DNA of 64,000 nt from Candidatus Kapaibacterium sp. GTDB lineage: Bacteria; Bacteroidota; Ignavibacteria; Kapaibacteriales; UBA2268. The notes under the pieces were generated by a model. It was not told where the DNA came from and did no database searches. It saw nothing but the letters and a program-made list of their open reading frames with translations. Position 1 is the stretch's first letter; the number at the start of each line of letters is the position of its first letter. The DNA lies in contig OY762428.1 in the NCBI GenBank assembly GCA_963665665.1, positions 2,464,001 to 2,528,000 on the forward strand. The letters run 5' to 3'. Positions 26,012 through 36,361 of this stretch are shown piece after piece. Position numbers and translations under genes: made by a program.

Positions 26012-28156
26012 CTACATTCTACAGATTATCCTGCAATGTTTTGTCCCGTCTTTATCAGTTTTCCAAACCTGTTTTCTTACAAATCCTTTGCCCGAGACTG
26101 AATATTTAATACCGCATTCGGTTAATATTTGTATTGCCCTTCTTAAACTTAAGCCTTTCAGGCCAGGTTTTTCAATTGCCGGAATATTTTTTCCGCTTAC
26201 CGAATCTGTTTTAAATTTAAGTATTCTGACAGAGACTGATCTGCCTTTTGTTAAAATTTCATCCGGAGCCGGCATCTGGTAAAGTATCAGGCTTTCCGGT
26301 GATTGTTTCGGTGTTATCTTCAACCCCGTTTCATCAAGTAATTTTTCTGCAACAGAGAATTTCAGGCCTCTAAGGTCAGGGGTTCTTATCGTGTCTGTTT
26401 TGGCCTGGTCAGATTGAAATGCATTGCCTGCAAACTCCGGTGCTACAGCAATCCAGCGCATGGTAATATTTCTGAAAATCGGTGCTGCCGACGAGCCTCC
26501 GTAATAATTTGCACGTGGTTTGTCCAGTAGGACTATCATTGCAATTTTTGGATTATCAGCCGGAAAAATTCCCACGAATGATGCCGTGTAGTTTTTTCTG
26601 GTATAGCTCCCGTCTGTCAGCTGTTGGGCGGTGCCGGTTTTACCTGCAATTGGGACACCGTTAATAATGGCATTTTTGCCAGTTCCCTCGTTTACAACGT
26701 CAGTTAATATTTTTAGTAAAGCATTCGATGTTTTTTCCGATACTACCCGCCTTACTTTTTCGGGATTTATTTGGGTGATTGTTTCTCCATCACTGTCAGT
26801 AATTTTTTCAATAACATAAGGTTTCATCATTTCTCCACCGTTAGCTATGGTTGCATAGGAGTTTAATATCTGCAGGGCGGTTGCTGAGATCCCATAGCCG
26901 TGTCCGATGAATCTTTTGGTTGAAGGATACCATTTAGCAGGCTTTCGGACGCTGCCGGAAACCTCGCCCGGTATATCAACATCATGCTTCAGTCCAAACC
27001 CAAAATCACGAATATACTTATAGAAAGTATGAGCAGGTATTGAGTTGGCAATTTCAGCCATAACAATATTGCTTGAATGTATCATGGCATCCTCGAATGT
27101 CAGGTAGGACATCGGGTGGTCATCTCTTATTGAATATTCCTTAAATTTTAACAGGCCGTTGTATGCATTGAAAATCTGCCCCTGCCGAACAATTTTTTCC
27201 TGCATTGCAGCTGCTGCTGTAACAAGTTTGAAAGTGGAACCCGGTTCATACGTATCGGTTATCCCCCTGTTCCGCATAACTCCGGATTGATTTTTGGAAT
27301 ATGTATTAGGATTAAAACCGGGAGTTGAAGCTATAGCAAGAATTTTCCCGGTAGATGGTTCAATTGCAATGCCAATGGCAGCTTCGGCATCATATTTTTT
27401 AAATCCCTCTGATAATTCATATTCCATTATCCTTTGCAGGTTGAAGTCGATCGTAAGATGTAAATTGCTTCCGTGACGTGCAGGAATTACCGGCAATTCC
27501 GCCGAAGGACGCAGGCGGCCGAGTGCATCGCGGTACATTATCATATATCCGCTTCTGCCTTTAAGGGTTGTATCGCAGCTCTTTTCAATACCGCTAATTC
27601 CGATATTGTCAATATCAGTATATCCGAGTAGCTGGGCGCCCACTTCGCCGTAATGATAATTCCTTCTGGGTTCTTCTATTAATATAATACCACGTGAATC
27701 AATTTCCTCCAGTATTTCAATTGTGTTTCCGGGCAATCCTCTTTCCAGCCATACAAATGCTTTTTTTGATCTTTTTATCTTTTTAAGATAAAAATTTTTA
27801 GATTTGCCGCTGATCTTTGAAAGTTCTGCCACGAGCTTCCATCTTTTTTTTCGGTCTTCTTTCTGGTTTAGAATCCTCGGATCGGCTGCAACTGAGATGC
27901 TCCGGACATTCGAGGCAAGCAGAACTCCCTGCCTGTCGTAGATAAAACCTCTTTCGGCACTTAATTCAACCCGTGATTCGTGCTGGCGTTTGGCTTTTTT
28001 TCGGTAATCATCGGCTTTGATTACCTGCAGATAAAATAATTTAACAAATACAAGTATCAGGCCGATACCAACTATGGCCATTACGGTAAGAAATTTCCAA
28101 AATTTCTCTTTTTGGGGGCTGTTGCTGCCCGGAGTGTAAAATTCTTCTTCCTGCAT
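26012..28156 (-). CDS. ftsI: Class B penicillin-binding protein (FtsI/PBP3-like) with PASTA domains
   Basis: N-terminal TM, RGFIYDR, EPGSTFK (SxxK), SSN (SxN), GKTGTAQ (KTG), C-terminal PDLRG/PGLKG PASTA repeats. Confidence 0.8.
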   Translation of the reverse strand: MQEEEFYTPGSNSPQKEKFWKFLTVMAIVGIGLILVFVKLFYLQVIKADDYRKKAKRQHESRVELSAERGFIYDRQGVLLASNVRSISVAADPRILNQKEDRKKRWKLVAELSKISGKSKNFYLKKIKRSKKAFVWLERGLPGNTIEILEEIDSRGIILIEEPRRNYHYGEVGAQLLGYTDIDNIGISGIEKSCDTTLKGRSGYMIMYRDALGRLRPSAELPVIPARHGSNLHLTIDFNLQRIMEYELSEGFKKYDAEAAIGIAIEPSTGKILAIASTPGFNPNTYSKNQSGVMRNRGITDTYEPGSTFKLVTAAAAMQEKIVRQGQIFNAYNGLLKFKEYSIRDDHPMSYLTFEDAMIHSSNIVMAEIANSIPAHTFYKYIRDFGFGLKHDVDIPGEVSGSVRKPAKWYPSTKRFIGHGYGISATALQILNSYATIANGGEMMKPYVIEKITDSDGETITQINPEKVRRVVSEKTSNALLKILTDVVNEGTGKNAIINGVPIAGKTGTAQQLTDGSYTRKNYTASFVGIFPADNPKIAMIVLLDKPRANYYGGSSAAPIFRNITMRWIAVAPEFAGNAFQSDQAKTDTIRTPDLRGLKFSVAEKLLDETGLKITPKQSPESLILYQMPAPDEILTKGRSVSVRILKFKTDSVSGKNIPAIEKPGLKGLSLRRAIQILTECGIKYSVSGKGFVRKQVWKTDKDGTKHCRIICRM

Positions 28157-28536
28157 TTTCTTCTTGCTGCTTAATAATAATACCGAGACGAATTAAAAAT
28201 GAAATTCCCCAATTCATAACGCCTCAATATTAAAAATATGAAATTCAATTGAATTGACAAATAATATAATCAGTTTATATACATAATTTTGTATATTGAA
28301 AATATCAGTGTCGTTGGATTTATACTGTCTTAATTTAAAAAATATTCGATACGGAAAATACGAGGGTAGAAAAAATTTCAAAAAAATAAAAAAAAGTATT
28401 GGATTGTATTAAAAATGTCTTATCTTTGTATTCGTTTTGTTTCGACAACATAGAAACAGTGCTGTCAAACAAAGGAGATCGAAAAAAGATCGTTCGTACT
28501 TTGAAAAGCACAAGTCTTGAAAAATTATAAAAAGCT

Positions 28537-28568
28537 TTTGCAAAATTGAAAATAAATTTCTAATTTTG
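28537..28568 (+). promoter_or_regulatory. Bacteroidota-type promoter of the tRNA-secE operon
   Basis: TTTG-N20-TAATTTTG, 13 bp before tRNA-Tyr. Confidence 0.65.
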
Positions 28569-28581
28569 CACGCTCAAAACC

Positions 28582-28668
28582 GGGTAGGTACCGAAGCGGT
28601 CAAACGGGGCAGACTGTAAATCTGCTGGGCTACGCCCTACGGAGGTTCGAATCCTTCCCTGCCCACCA
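28582..28668 (+). tRNA. tRNA-Tyr(GTA)
   Basis: gcagac-tgtaaa-tctgc anticodon arm, long variable arm, GGTTCGAATCC, encoded CCA. Confidence 0.95.
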
Positions 28669-28676
28669 AATTTTGC

Positions 28677-28749
28677 GCGGGAGTAGCTCAGTTGGTAGAG
28701 CATCAGCCTTCCAAGCTGAGGGTCGCGGGTTCGAGTCTCGTCTCCCGCT
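28677..28749 (+). tRNA. tRNA-Gly(TCC)
   Basis: gcgggag acceptor stem; tcagc-cttccaa-gctga anticodon arm. Confidence 0.95.
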
Positions 28750-28861
28750 CAAACTATAATATCAGGACTTGGCGCCGGCTCGCTTGAGCAGGGACGCGTC
28801 GAAAATTATCGGCAAACACACACTAAGAAAATAGTGGGTTTGCTTTTTTGCTTTTTCATTC

Positions 28862-28934
28862 GCGGGAATAGCTCAGTTGGTAGAGCATCAGCTTCCCAAG
28901 CTGAGGGCCGCGGGTTCGAGTCCCGTTTCCCGCT
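28862..28934 (+). tRNA. tRNA-Gly(CCC)
   Basis: tcagc-ttcccaa-gctga anticodon arm; GGTTCGAGTCC T-arm. Confidence 0.93.
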
Positions 28935-28950
28935 CTGGTCGGTGACAAAT

Positions 28951-29022
28951 GCTGATGTAGCTCAGTGGTAGAGCACGTCCTTGGTAAGGACGAGGTCACG
29001 GGTTCAAGTCCCGTCATCAGCT
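28951..29022 (+). tRNA. tRNA-Thr(GGT)
   Basis: gctgatg acceptor stem; cgtcc-ttggtaa-ggacg anticodon arm. Confidence 0.95.
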
Positions 29023-29041
29023 CTATTGTGAGAATCAATAC

Positions 29042-29114
29042 AGGGGCGTAGCTCAATTGGCAGAGCGACGGTCTCCAAAACCGTAGGCTGCGGGTTCGAT
29101 TCCTGCCGCCCCTG
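29042..29114 (+). tRNA. tRNA-Trp(CCA)
   Basis: acggt-ctccaaa-accgt anticodon arm; canonical position before secE. Confidence 0.95.
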
Positions 29115-29155
29115 CAACTAAATTTAATTTATATATAGCTGGCAGAGCATAAGTT

Positions 29156-29338
29156 ATGATAGCTAAAACAAAAGAGTTCTTAAATGAAGTAGTGGCCGAA
29201 ATGAAAAAGGTTTCATGGCCAACAAGGGAACAGTTAAAAGAATCAACAGGAGTTGTTATCGTGGTAACATTGATAATAACTTTTATTGTTTGGGTAATTG
29301 ATCAGTTCGCAACAATGGGTATTGAACAAATATTCTAA
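29156..29338 (+). CDS. secE: Preprotein translocase subunit SecE
   Basis: EMKKVSWPTREQL plus one TM helix. Confidence 0.95.
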   Translation: MIAKTKEFLNEVVAEMKKVSWPTREQLKESTGVVIVVTLIITFIVWVIDQFATMGIEQIF

Positions 29339-29393
29339 TTCAATGGCCCTTCCCTTTTGCTTCGAATGTTTACTACGATATTGAAAGAATAAC

Positions 29394-29963
29394 ATGAATC
29401 CAAATCCGTACGCACAGGAAAGAAAACTTGAACCAAGATGGTATGCGGTTCGTACTTACACCGGGCACGAAGGCAAGGTACAGGCTTCCCTGGAGGCTGA
29501 AGTAAAAAGATTAGGCCTTGAGGACAGGGTTCTGGATATCGTTATCCCGCAGGAAACTGTTTTTGAAGTAAGAAACGGTAAAAGACGTACAAGAGTTAAA
29601 AACTTCTTTCCGGGATATTTAATGGTACATGTGATTCTCGACCGCAAAGTGCAGGATGTTATATCAAACCTCCCCGCAGTTGTGTCATTCGTTGGCCGCA
29701 GGAACGAACCGGTTCCGTTGCAGCAGCACGAAATAGAAAGAATACTCGGCAGGATTGAAGAAAGAAAATCCATTACAACTATCGAAACAACTTTCCAGGT
29801 TGGAGATCCGGTAAGGGTAATAGACGGGCCTTTTTCCAATTTTAATGGTACAGTGAAAGAAGTTAACAACGAGAAACAGAAACTTAAAGTTGAAGTGGGC
29901 ATCCTGGGCAGGAAAACTCCGGTTGAACTGGATTTCAGCCAGGTTGAAATGGAAAATCACTAA
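29394..29963 (+). CDS. nusG: Transcription factor NusG
   Basis: WYAVRTYTGHE, FFPGY, KOW motif VIDGPF. Confidence 0.97.
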   Translation: MNPNPYAQERKLEPRWYAVRTYTGHEGKVQASLEAEVKRLGLEDRVLDIVIPQETVFEVRNGKRRTRVKNFFPGYLMVHVILDRKVQDVISNLPAVVSFVGRRNEPVPLQQHEIERILGRIEERKSITTIETTFQVGDPVRVIDGPFSNFNGTVKEVNNEKQKLKVEVGILGRKTPVELDFSQVEMENH

Positions 29964-30007
29964 AAAATAAAGATTTAAAAGTATTCACAATATAAAGAAT
30001 TGATAAA

Positions 30008-30436
30008 ATGGCAAAGAAAGTAGCAGGAACATTTAAGTTACAGCTAAAAGCAGGCCAGGCCTCAATGGCTCCTCCGGTTGGCCCGGCTTTCGGTCAGCGC
30101 GGACTTAACGGTATGGAATTCGTTAAGCAGTTCAATGCCCGTACACAAAAAGAAGGCGGAATGCTTCTTCCGGCACTTATTACCTTCTATACAGACAAAA
30201 CATTTACATTTATTGTAAAATCTCCACCCGCGTCAGTTCTTCTTAAAAAGGCTGCCGGTATTGATAGCGGTTCCCCTGAATCCAACAAAGTAAAAGTTGG
30301 CAAGGTAACACGTGCCCAGTGCGAGGAAATCGTTAAGATTAAACAAAACGATCTTAATTCTGCCTCGATGGAATCAGGTGTGGAAATGATAAAAGGTACT
30401 GCCAGGAGTCTGGGGCTCCTTTTCGTAGAGAAGTAA
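30008..30436 (+). CDS. rplK: 50S ribosomal protein L11
   Basis: [25 protein letters not shown]. Confidence 0.97.
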   Translation: MAKKVAGTFKLQLKAGQASMAPPVGPAFGQRGLNGMEFVKQFNARTQKEGGMLLPALITFYTDKTFTFIVKSPPASVLLKKAAGIDSGSPESNKVKVGKVTRAQCEEIVKIKQNDLNSASMESGVEMIKGTARSLGLLFVEK

Positions 30437-30479
30437 TTTATTCCGAAAAGAAATTTTGAAATTAATTGAACGATAAGTC

Positions 30480-31181
30480 ATGAAAAAACATGGTAAAAGA
30501 TATCAGGCCCTGATCGAAAAGTATAATGTAAAAGATTCATTTGCTTTCGAAGAGGCTATAAAACTGGTAAAAACAAATGCTACAGCTAAATTCGACGAAT
30601 CTTTTGAAATTGCGATCAGGCTTGGCGTGGATCCGAGAAAAGCCGACCAGATGGTTCGCGGAACTGTCTCGCTTCCTCATGGTACCGGTAAAACAGTCAG
30701 AGTATTGGTACTCTGTAAATCTCCGAAAGATAAGGAAGCTCTTGATGCCGGTGCAGATCATGCCGGACTTGAAGAATATGTAGAAAAGATCAAAGGCGGA
30801 TGGGCGGATATAGATGTAGTTGTTGCCACTCCCGACGTAATGGCAGAAGTTGGTAAGCTTGGCAGGATTCTCGGCCCACGCGGCCTTATGCCGAATCCGA
30901 AAAGCGGTACTGTTACATTTGATGTTGCTCAGGCTGTTAAAGAAGTTAAAGCAGGTAAAATTGAATATCGCGTAGACAAAACAGCTAATATTCATGTGTC
31001 TGTCGGTAAATGCTCATTTGAAGCCGATAAACTGGCTGACAATCTCCAGACTTTTTATTCCAGCATCATCAAAGCCAAACCGTCAACTGCAAAGGGACGT
31101 TATGTGAAAAGCGTTTATTTCAGCTCTACAATGGGCCCGAGCGTTCATGTTAATGAGCAAACAATTGCAGTAAGTGAATAA
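30480..31181 (+). CDS. rplA: 50S ribosomal protein L1
   Basis: [27 protein letters not shown]. Confidence 0.97.
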   Translation: MKKHGKRYQALIEKYNVKDSFAFEEAIKLVKTNATAKFDESFEIAIRLGVDPRKADQMVRGTVSLPHGTGKTVRVLVLCKSPKDKEALDAGADHAGLEEYVEKIKGGWADIDVVVATPDVMAEVGKLGRILGPRGLMPNPKSGTVTFDVAQAVKEVKAGKIEYRVDKTANIHVSVGKCSFEADKLADNLQTFYSSIIKAKPSTAKGRYVKSVYFSSTMGPSVHVNEQTIAVSE

Positions 31182-31204
31182 GGATATACGCACTCGTATA
31201 AATT

Positions 31205-31245
31205 TTTAAAGGCAAAGCTTCTACCGCCAAGGCGGTTTGCCGAAA
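31205..31245 (+). promoter_or_regulatory. Hairpin in the rplA-rplJ gap, possible L10 leader
   Basis: ggcaaa..accgcc-aa-ggcggt-ttgcc stem at the position where L10 leaders usually sit. Confidence 0.35.
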
Positions 31246-31275
31246 ATGTTATAATTATAAATCGGACCAGGTGTT

Positions 31276-31800
31276 ATGGTTACAAGAGAACAAAAAGTTC
31301 AAATCGTAAAAGAACTGGTTGAAAAACTGGCAGATACTCAGGGTATTTATATTGTCGATTACGAGGGTATAACAGTAGAGCAGGCTGTTGAACTCAGAAG
31401 CCTTTTTCGTGAAAAAGGAATTGAGTACAAAGTAGCTAAAAATACTCTCATAAAAAGAGCCTTGAAAGAAGACGGGAAATTCGAATTCCCTGACGAACAG
31501 CTCAAAGGCATGTCAGCTCTTATATTGGGCAAAGACGACCCTGTAGCACCAGCTAAAGTTTTGCAGGAATTCTTCAAGAAGAATGATCTTCCAAAACTTA
31601 AAGGTGCAATTATCGATGGCCAGAAATTTGACGGTTCGCAGCTTAAAGCTCTCGCGGCATTGCCGACAAGAGACGATATGATGGCAGCTATTGTAGGCAG
31701 CCTTGGCGCACCCGCATCGGGTATTGTCGGCTCCATCAATGCAGTTATCCGCGACCTTGCATACCTCGTTGAAGAGGTACATAAGGAAAAAGCAGCTTAA
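31276..31800 (+). CDS. rplJ: 50S ribosomal protein L10
   Basis: YKVAKNTL, LAALPTR; operon position. Confidence 0.95.
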   Translation: MVTREQKVQIVKELVEKLADTQGIYIVDYEGITVEQAVELRSLFREKGIEYKVAKNTLIKRALKEDGKFEFPDEQLKGMSALILGKDDPVAPAKVLQEFFKKNDLPKLKGAIIDGQKFDGSQLKALAALPTRDDMMAAIVGSLGAPASGIVGSINAVIRDLAYLVEEVHKEKAA

Positions 31801-31848
31801 ATAATAAGAAAATAAAATATTTAAATTATAATGTATCAGGAGACTGAA

Positions 31849-32232
31849 ATGTCAGCAATAGTTGAAGAATTACTTGAGAAGATTTCCAATCTTACATTAA
31901 TGGAAGCATCAGAACTTAAAGAAGCCATGGAAGAAAAATTCGGCGTAAGCGCAGCAGCACCAGTAATGATGGCAGGCGGAATGCCGGCAGCCGGCGCAGA
32001 CGCAGCAGCTGAAGAAGAACAGACTGAATTTGACGTTGAACTTACAGAATTCGGCGGCCAGAAGCTTCAGGTTATTAAAGCTGTTCGCGAAATTACAGGC
32101 GTTGGCCTTAAAGAAGCGAAAGACATGGTAGAAGGCGCTCCTAATGTAGTTAAAGAACAGGTTTCTAAAGAAGAAGCAGAAGAAATTAAGAAGAAACTTG
32201 AAGAAGCAGGCGCTAAAGTTACTCTTAAGTAA
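31849..32232 (+). CDS. rplL: 50S ribosomal protein L7/L12
   Basis: [27 protein letters not shown]; AGGAG before the ATG at 31849. Confidence 0.97.
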   Translation: MSAIVEELLEKISNLTLMEASELKEAMEEKFGVSAAAPVMMAGGMPAAGADAAAEEEQTEFDVELTEFGGQKLQVIKAVREITGVGLKEAKDMVEGAPNVVKEQVSKEEAEEIKKKLEEAGAKVTLK

Positions 32233-32452
32233 TCCAATAGATTATGATGAATCCGGGAAAGTGGCTTAAAGCCGCTTTCCCAATTGTTCTTTATTTACGG
32301 GGCTTTTAGTTCAGATATATTTTGTACAGGACAGCTTCTTTGAAACTTGACCAGATAAAAATATTTAACGGGGTTTTCTGAGTTTTTCATTTGGGATTAA
32401 TTCAGGAAGTCCTTTTTTTTTCGTTTCGAAAAACCATATCAGGAGGTGTTCA

Positions 32453-35400
32453 GTGGACGCCAACACAACTCCAACTCAAGAACTCAAGATAATGACGAGC
32501 GATGATGGAATTGTCAGACTTAGAGAAAGAGTAAATTTTGCCAAAACAAAACAGTATGCGGGTTACCCTGACCTGCTGAATGTTCAGATAGAATCATTCA
32601 AGGATTTTCTGCAGGAACACGTGCATCCGACCTACAGGAGGCCTATTGGCCTTCAGGGCGCTTTCCAGAATAATTTTCCTATCGAAGATGCAACAGCAGT
32701 ATTCCAACTTGAATTTATTGAATATTATATAGAAAAACCAAAGTACTCGGAAGAAGAATGCCGCGAAAGGGAGCTTACATTTTCCAAGCCTCTGAAGGCT
32801 AAACTAAGGCTTTCCAGCAAGGCCGATAAAGAATCCGAAGATTATATTGATGCCGTGGAGCAGGAAGTATATCTCGGTAACGTTCCTTCGATGACCCCGA
32901 GAGGTACTTTTATTATTAATGGCGCCGAGAGAATTATCGTTAGCCAGATACACCGCTCACCTGGCGTATTTTTTGACGATGCTCTCCACCCAAACGGAAC
33001 CAGAATTTATACTGCAAGAATTATCCCGTTCAGGGGTTCATGGGTGGAATTCACTACCGACATACATGATGTAATGTATGCATATATTGACAGGAAGAAG
33101 AAATTCCCTGTTACTACTTTGCTCAGGGCTCTCGGATTTTCTTCAGATGAAGAATTACTCAACCTCTTTGAACTGGCCGAGGATATAGACCAGGCAGATT
33201 TGAACGAAGATATGATAGGCCGCAGGATTGCCTCTGATGTAATTGATATGAATACCGGCGAGATTATTGCCACAAGGGATAACATACTTGAAAAAGAATT
33301 GTATGAAAAAATGGCCGAAACAGAAATTTTCGGTTTAAGGCTGTTTAAATACTCAGATCCCAATGACGAACCGGTTATAGCAAAAACTTTATTAAAAGAT
33401 GCATCCCGTACAAGGGAAGATGCACTTGAAGCAATATACAGGCAGCTACGTTCATCCGAGCCGCCGGATATTGAAACAGCCGAGGGATTACTTGATAAAT
33501 TATTCTTCAATCCTAAGAGATATGACCTTGGTGTTGTTGGACGCTTCAGGATCAATCAAAAACTTAAACTTGAAATCCCGGTAGAAAATACCACACTTAC
33601 TACTGATGATATAGTAGCAATTATAAAAAGACTTATTGAACTGCACGATAAAAAGCAGGCCGGCGATGATATTGATCACCTTGGTAACAGGCGTGTGCGT
33701 ACCGTGGGCGAGCAGCTTACGGCGCAGCTTAACGTGGGCCTTGCAAGAATGGCCAGAACTATCAGGGAAAGGCTTTCAATTCACGATGGAGAAAATCTTA
33801 CTCCGAGTGAACTCGTGAATGCCAGAACAATAAGTTCTGTTATTAATCAGTTCTTTGGAACTAACCAGCTGTCGCAGTTCATGGACCAGACAAACCCGCT
33901 GGCAGAGCTTACTCATAAAAGAAGAACTTCTGCTTTGGGCCCCGGTGGTCTGACAAGGGAGAGGGCAGGATTCGAGGTACGTGACGTTCACTATACTCAT
34001 TACGGAAGGCTTTGCCCGATTGAAACTCCTGAAGGCCCGAATATCGGCCTTATTTCGTCATTGGCTATTCACTCTAAAATAAACGAGTTAGGGTTTATCG
34101 AAACTCCATACCGGGTTGTTAAGGACGGTATAGTTACTGATGACGTTATATATATTACAGCCGAAAAAGAAGACGGGAAGCTGATTATACCTGCTTCAAC
34201 ACCCCTGGATGAAAATGGAAAAATTATCGGGGAAAGAGTTAAGGCCCGTGTATCAGGTGACTACCAGATGCCGAGCCCCGAAATGGTGGATTATATGGAT
34301 GTTTCCACCGATCAGATAACAAGTGCAGCCGCATCGCTGATACCCTTCCTGGAACATGATGATGCCAACCGTGCTCTTATGGGCTCTAATATGCAACGTC
34401 AGGCAGTTCCGCTTCTCAAACCTAAAGCCCCTGTTGTGGGTACAGGTATGGAAGCCCGTGTAGGTAAAGATTCACGTTCGATGATCCTTGCCGAAGGAAA
34501 AGGCGTGGTTGATTATGTATGCGCTGATTATATAAGAGTAAGATATGAAGATACAAGGTCGCAGGATGAAAGGCTCACTTCATTCGAGCGTAAAGATATT
34601 GTAACTTATCCTTTAACAAAATTCTTCCGTTCGAATCAGGATACATGCCTGAATCAGAGGCCTATCGTAAGGGCCGGACAGCCGGTTGTAAAAGGTATGC
34701 CACTGGCCGACGGTGCTTCTACGGAAACAGGCGAACTTGCTCTGGGGCAAAATATTCTTTGTGCGTTCATGCCCTGGCGCGGTTATAACTTCGAGGATGC
34801 TATTATCCTGAGCCAGAGACTTGTAGCGGAAGATATATTTACTTCAATACATATCGAAGAATTTACACTTCAGGTAAGGGATACTAAGAGAGGCGAAGAG
34901 GAATTTACAAGAGAAATTCCTAACGTTAGTGAAGAAGCTACAAAAGATCTGGATGAAGACGGTATTATCCGTACAGGAGCAAAAGTAAGGGAAGGCGATA
35001 TCCTTATTGGTAAGATCACTCCTAAGGGTGAAACCGATCCGACGCCTGAAGAAAAACTTCTCAGGGCTATTTTTGGTGATAAAGCCGGTGATGTTAAAGA
35101 TGTATCTCTTAAAGCAACTCCGGGCCTGAAAGGTGTTGTAATTAATACAAAACTTTTCACAAGACGCCTGCTTACAATGGATAAGGAACAAAGAGCCCTT
35201 GAGAAAAAACGCCAGGAAGAAGTTGAGATCAGGGAAAGGCATGCAATTAAGAAAATTGATGCTGACTTTGTTAACCGCCTTGGTAAGATACTTGACGGCG
35301 AGAAAGTTCTCGGGCTGAAACTGAAGAACGGTGTTACCGTGTTCCGCGGGGGCGCCCAGGTAACTGTTGATATGGTTATCGCAAAGCAAAGAGAAAAACT

Positions 35401-36295
35401 TCTTAAACCAGAACTTATTGATGTATCCGAAGATATAGTTGAAGATCAGCATAAAATGGAACTTATAAGGGAAATGACAAAGAATTTCCTTTTCCAGCGT
35501 TCCGATATGCAGGCCGATTATCATGCGGAAAAAAATAAATTAGCATCAGGCGATGAACTTCAGCCTGGTATCCTTCAGATGGCTAAAGTTTATATCGCTA
35601 AGAAGCGCAAGCTTCAGGTAGGTGATAAAATGGCCGGCCGCCACGGTAACAAAGGTATTGTTTCAAAAATCGTTCCTAACGAGGACATGCCATTCCTTCC
35701 GGATGGTACACCTGTTGATATAGTTTTGAATCCGCTTGGCGTGCCTTCCCGTATGAACCTCGGGCAGCTTTTCGAAACAGCTCTTGGCTGGGCAAGCGGC
35801 AAATTGAACAATCACTATGCTACACCGATTTTCGATGGTGCTTCATGGGAGCAGGTGGGCGACCAGCTTGAAAAAGCAGGGCTTCCACGCGAAGGTAAGA
35901 TACAGCTCCGCGACGGATATACCGGAGAGCCTTTCCATGAAAAAGTAACTGTCGGGGTGATATATATGCTTAAGTTATCTCACCTTGTTGAAGATAAGAT
36001 TCACGCCCGTTCCATTGGGCCATACTCTCTGATTACACAGCAGCCCCTTGGCGGTAAAGCTCAGTTTGGCGGCCAAAGGCTCGGAGAGATGGAGGTTTGG
36101 GCACTTGAAGCTTATGGAGCTGCTCATACCCTGCAGGAAATGATCACTATGAAATCCGATGATGTTCAGGGCAGAGCCAAAATGTATGAAACCATCGTGA
36201 AAGGTGAGAATATGCCGAACCCGAATATTCCCGAATCGTTTAACGTGCTTGTAAGGGAATTGCAGGGCTTATGCCTTGACCTTAATATTGAATAA
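32453..36295 (+). CDS. rpoB: RNA polymerase beta subunit
   Basis: SQFMDQTNPL, GDKMAGRHGNKG, GGQRLGEMEVWAL. Confidence 0.99.
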   Translation: MDANTTPTQELKIMTSDDGIVRLRERVNFAKTKQYAGYPDLLNVQIESFKDFLQEHVHPTYRRPIGLQGAFQNNFPIEDATAVFQLEFIEYYIEKPKYSEEECRERELTFSKPLKAKLRLSSKADKESEDYIDAVEQEVYLGNVPSMTPRGTFIINGAERIIVSQIHRSPGVFFDDALHPNGTRIYTARIIPFRGSWVEFTTDIHDVMYAYIDRKKKFPVTTLLRALGFSSDEELLNLFELAEDIDQADLNEDMIGRRIASDVIDMNTGEIIATRDNILEKELYEKMAETEIFGLRLFKYSDPNDEPVIAKTLLKDASRTREDALEAIYRQLRSSEPPDIETAEGLLDKLFFNPKRYDLGVVGRFRINQKLKLEIPVENTTLTTDDIVAIIKRLIELHDKKQAGDDIDHLGNRRVRTVGEQLTAQLNVGLARMARTIRERLSIHDGENLTPSELVNARTISSVINQFFGTNQLSQFMDQTNPLAELTHKRRTSALGPGGLTRERAGFEVRDVHYTHYGRLCPIETPEGPNIGLISSLAIHSKINELGFIETPYRVVKDGIVTDDVIYITAEKEDGKLIIPASTPLDENGKIIGERVKARVSGDYQMPSPEMVDYMDVSTDQITSAAASLIPFLEHDDANRALMGSNMQRQAVPLLKPKAPVVGTGMEARVGKDSRSMILAEGKGVVDYVCADYIRVRYEDTRSQDERLTSFERKDIVTYPLTKFFRSNQDTCLNQRPIVRAGQPVVKGMPLADGASTETGELALGQNILCAFMPWRGYNFEDAIILSQRLVAEDIFTSIHIEEFTLQVRDTKRGEEEFTREIPNVSEEATKDLDEDGIIRTGAKVREGDILIGKITPKGETDPTPEEKLLRAIFGDKAGDVKDVSLKATPGLKGVVINTKLFTRRLLTMDKEQRALEKKRQEEVEIRERHAIKKIDADFVNRLGKILDGEKVLGLKLKNGVTVFRGGAQVTVDMVIAKQREKLLKPELIDVSEDIVEDQHKMELIREMTKNFLFQRSDMQADYHAEKNKLASGDELQPGILQMAKVYIAKKRKLQVGDKMAGRHGNKGIVSKIVPNEDMPFLPDGTPVDIVLNPLGVPSRMNLGQLFETALGWASGKLNNHYATPIFDGASWEQVGDQLEKAGLPREGKIQLRDGYTGEPFHEKVTVGVIYMLKLSHLVEDKIHARSIGPYSLITQQPLGGKAQFGGQRLGEMEVWALEAYGAAHTLQEMITMKSDDVQGRAKMYETIVKGENMPNPNIPESFNVLVRELQGLCLDLNIE

Positions 36296-36361
36296 GCGTC
36301 CCGGTATAGTGATTTTGATGATTGAGAATAAATTTTAACATAGATCGAGGAGTTTTATCTT

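Noticed and set aside
28856-29056. 66-aa minus-strand ORF
   Set aside because: Antisense shadow of tRNA genes.
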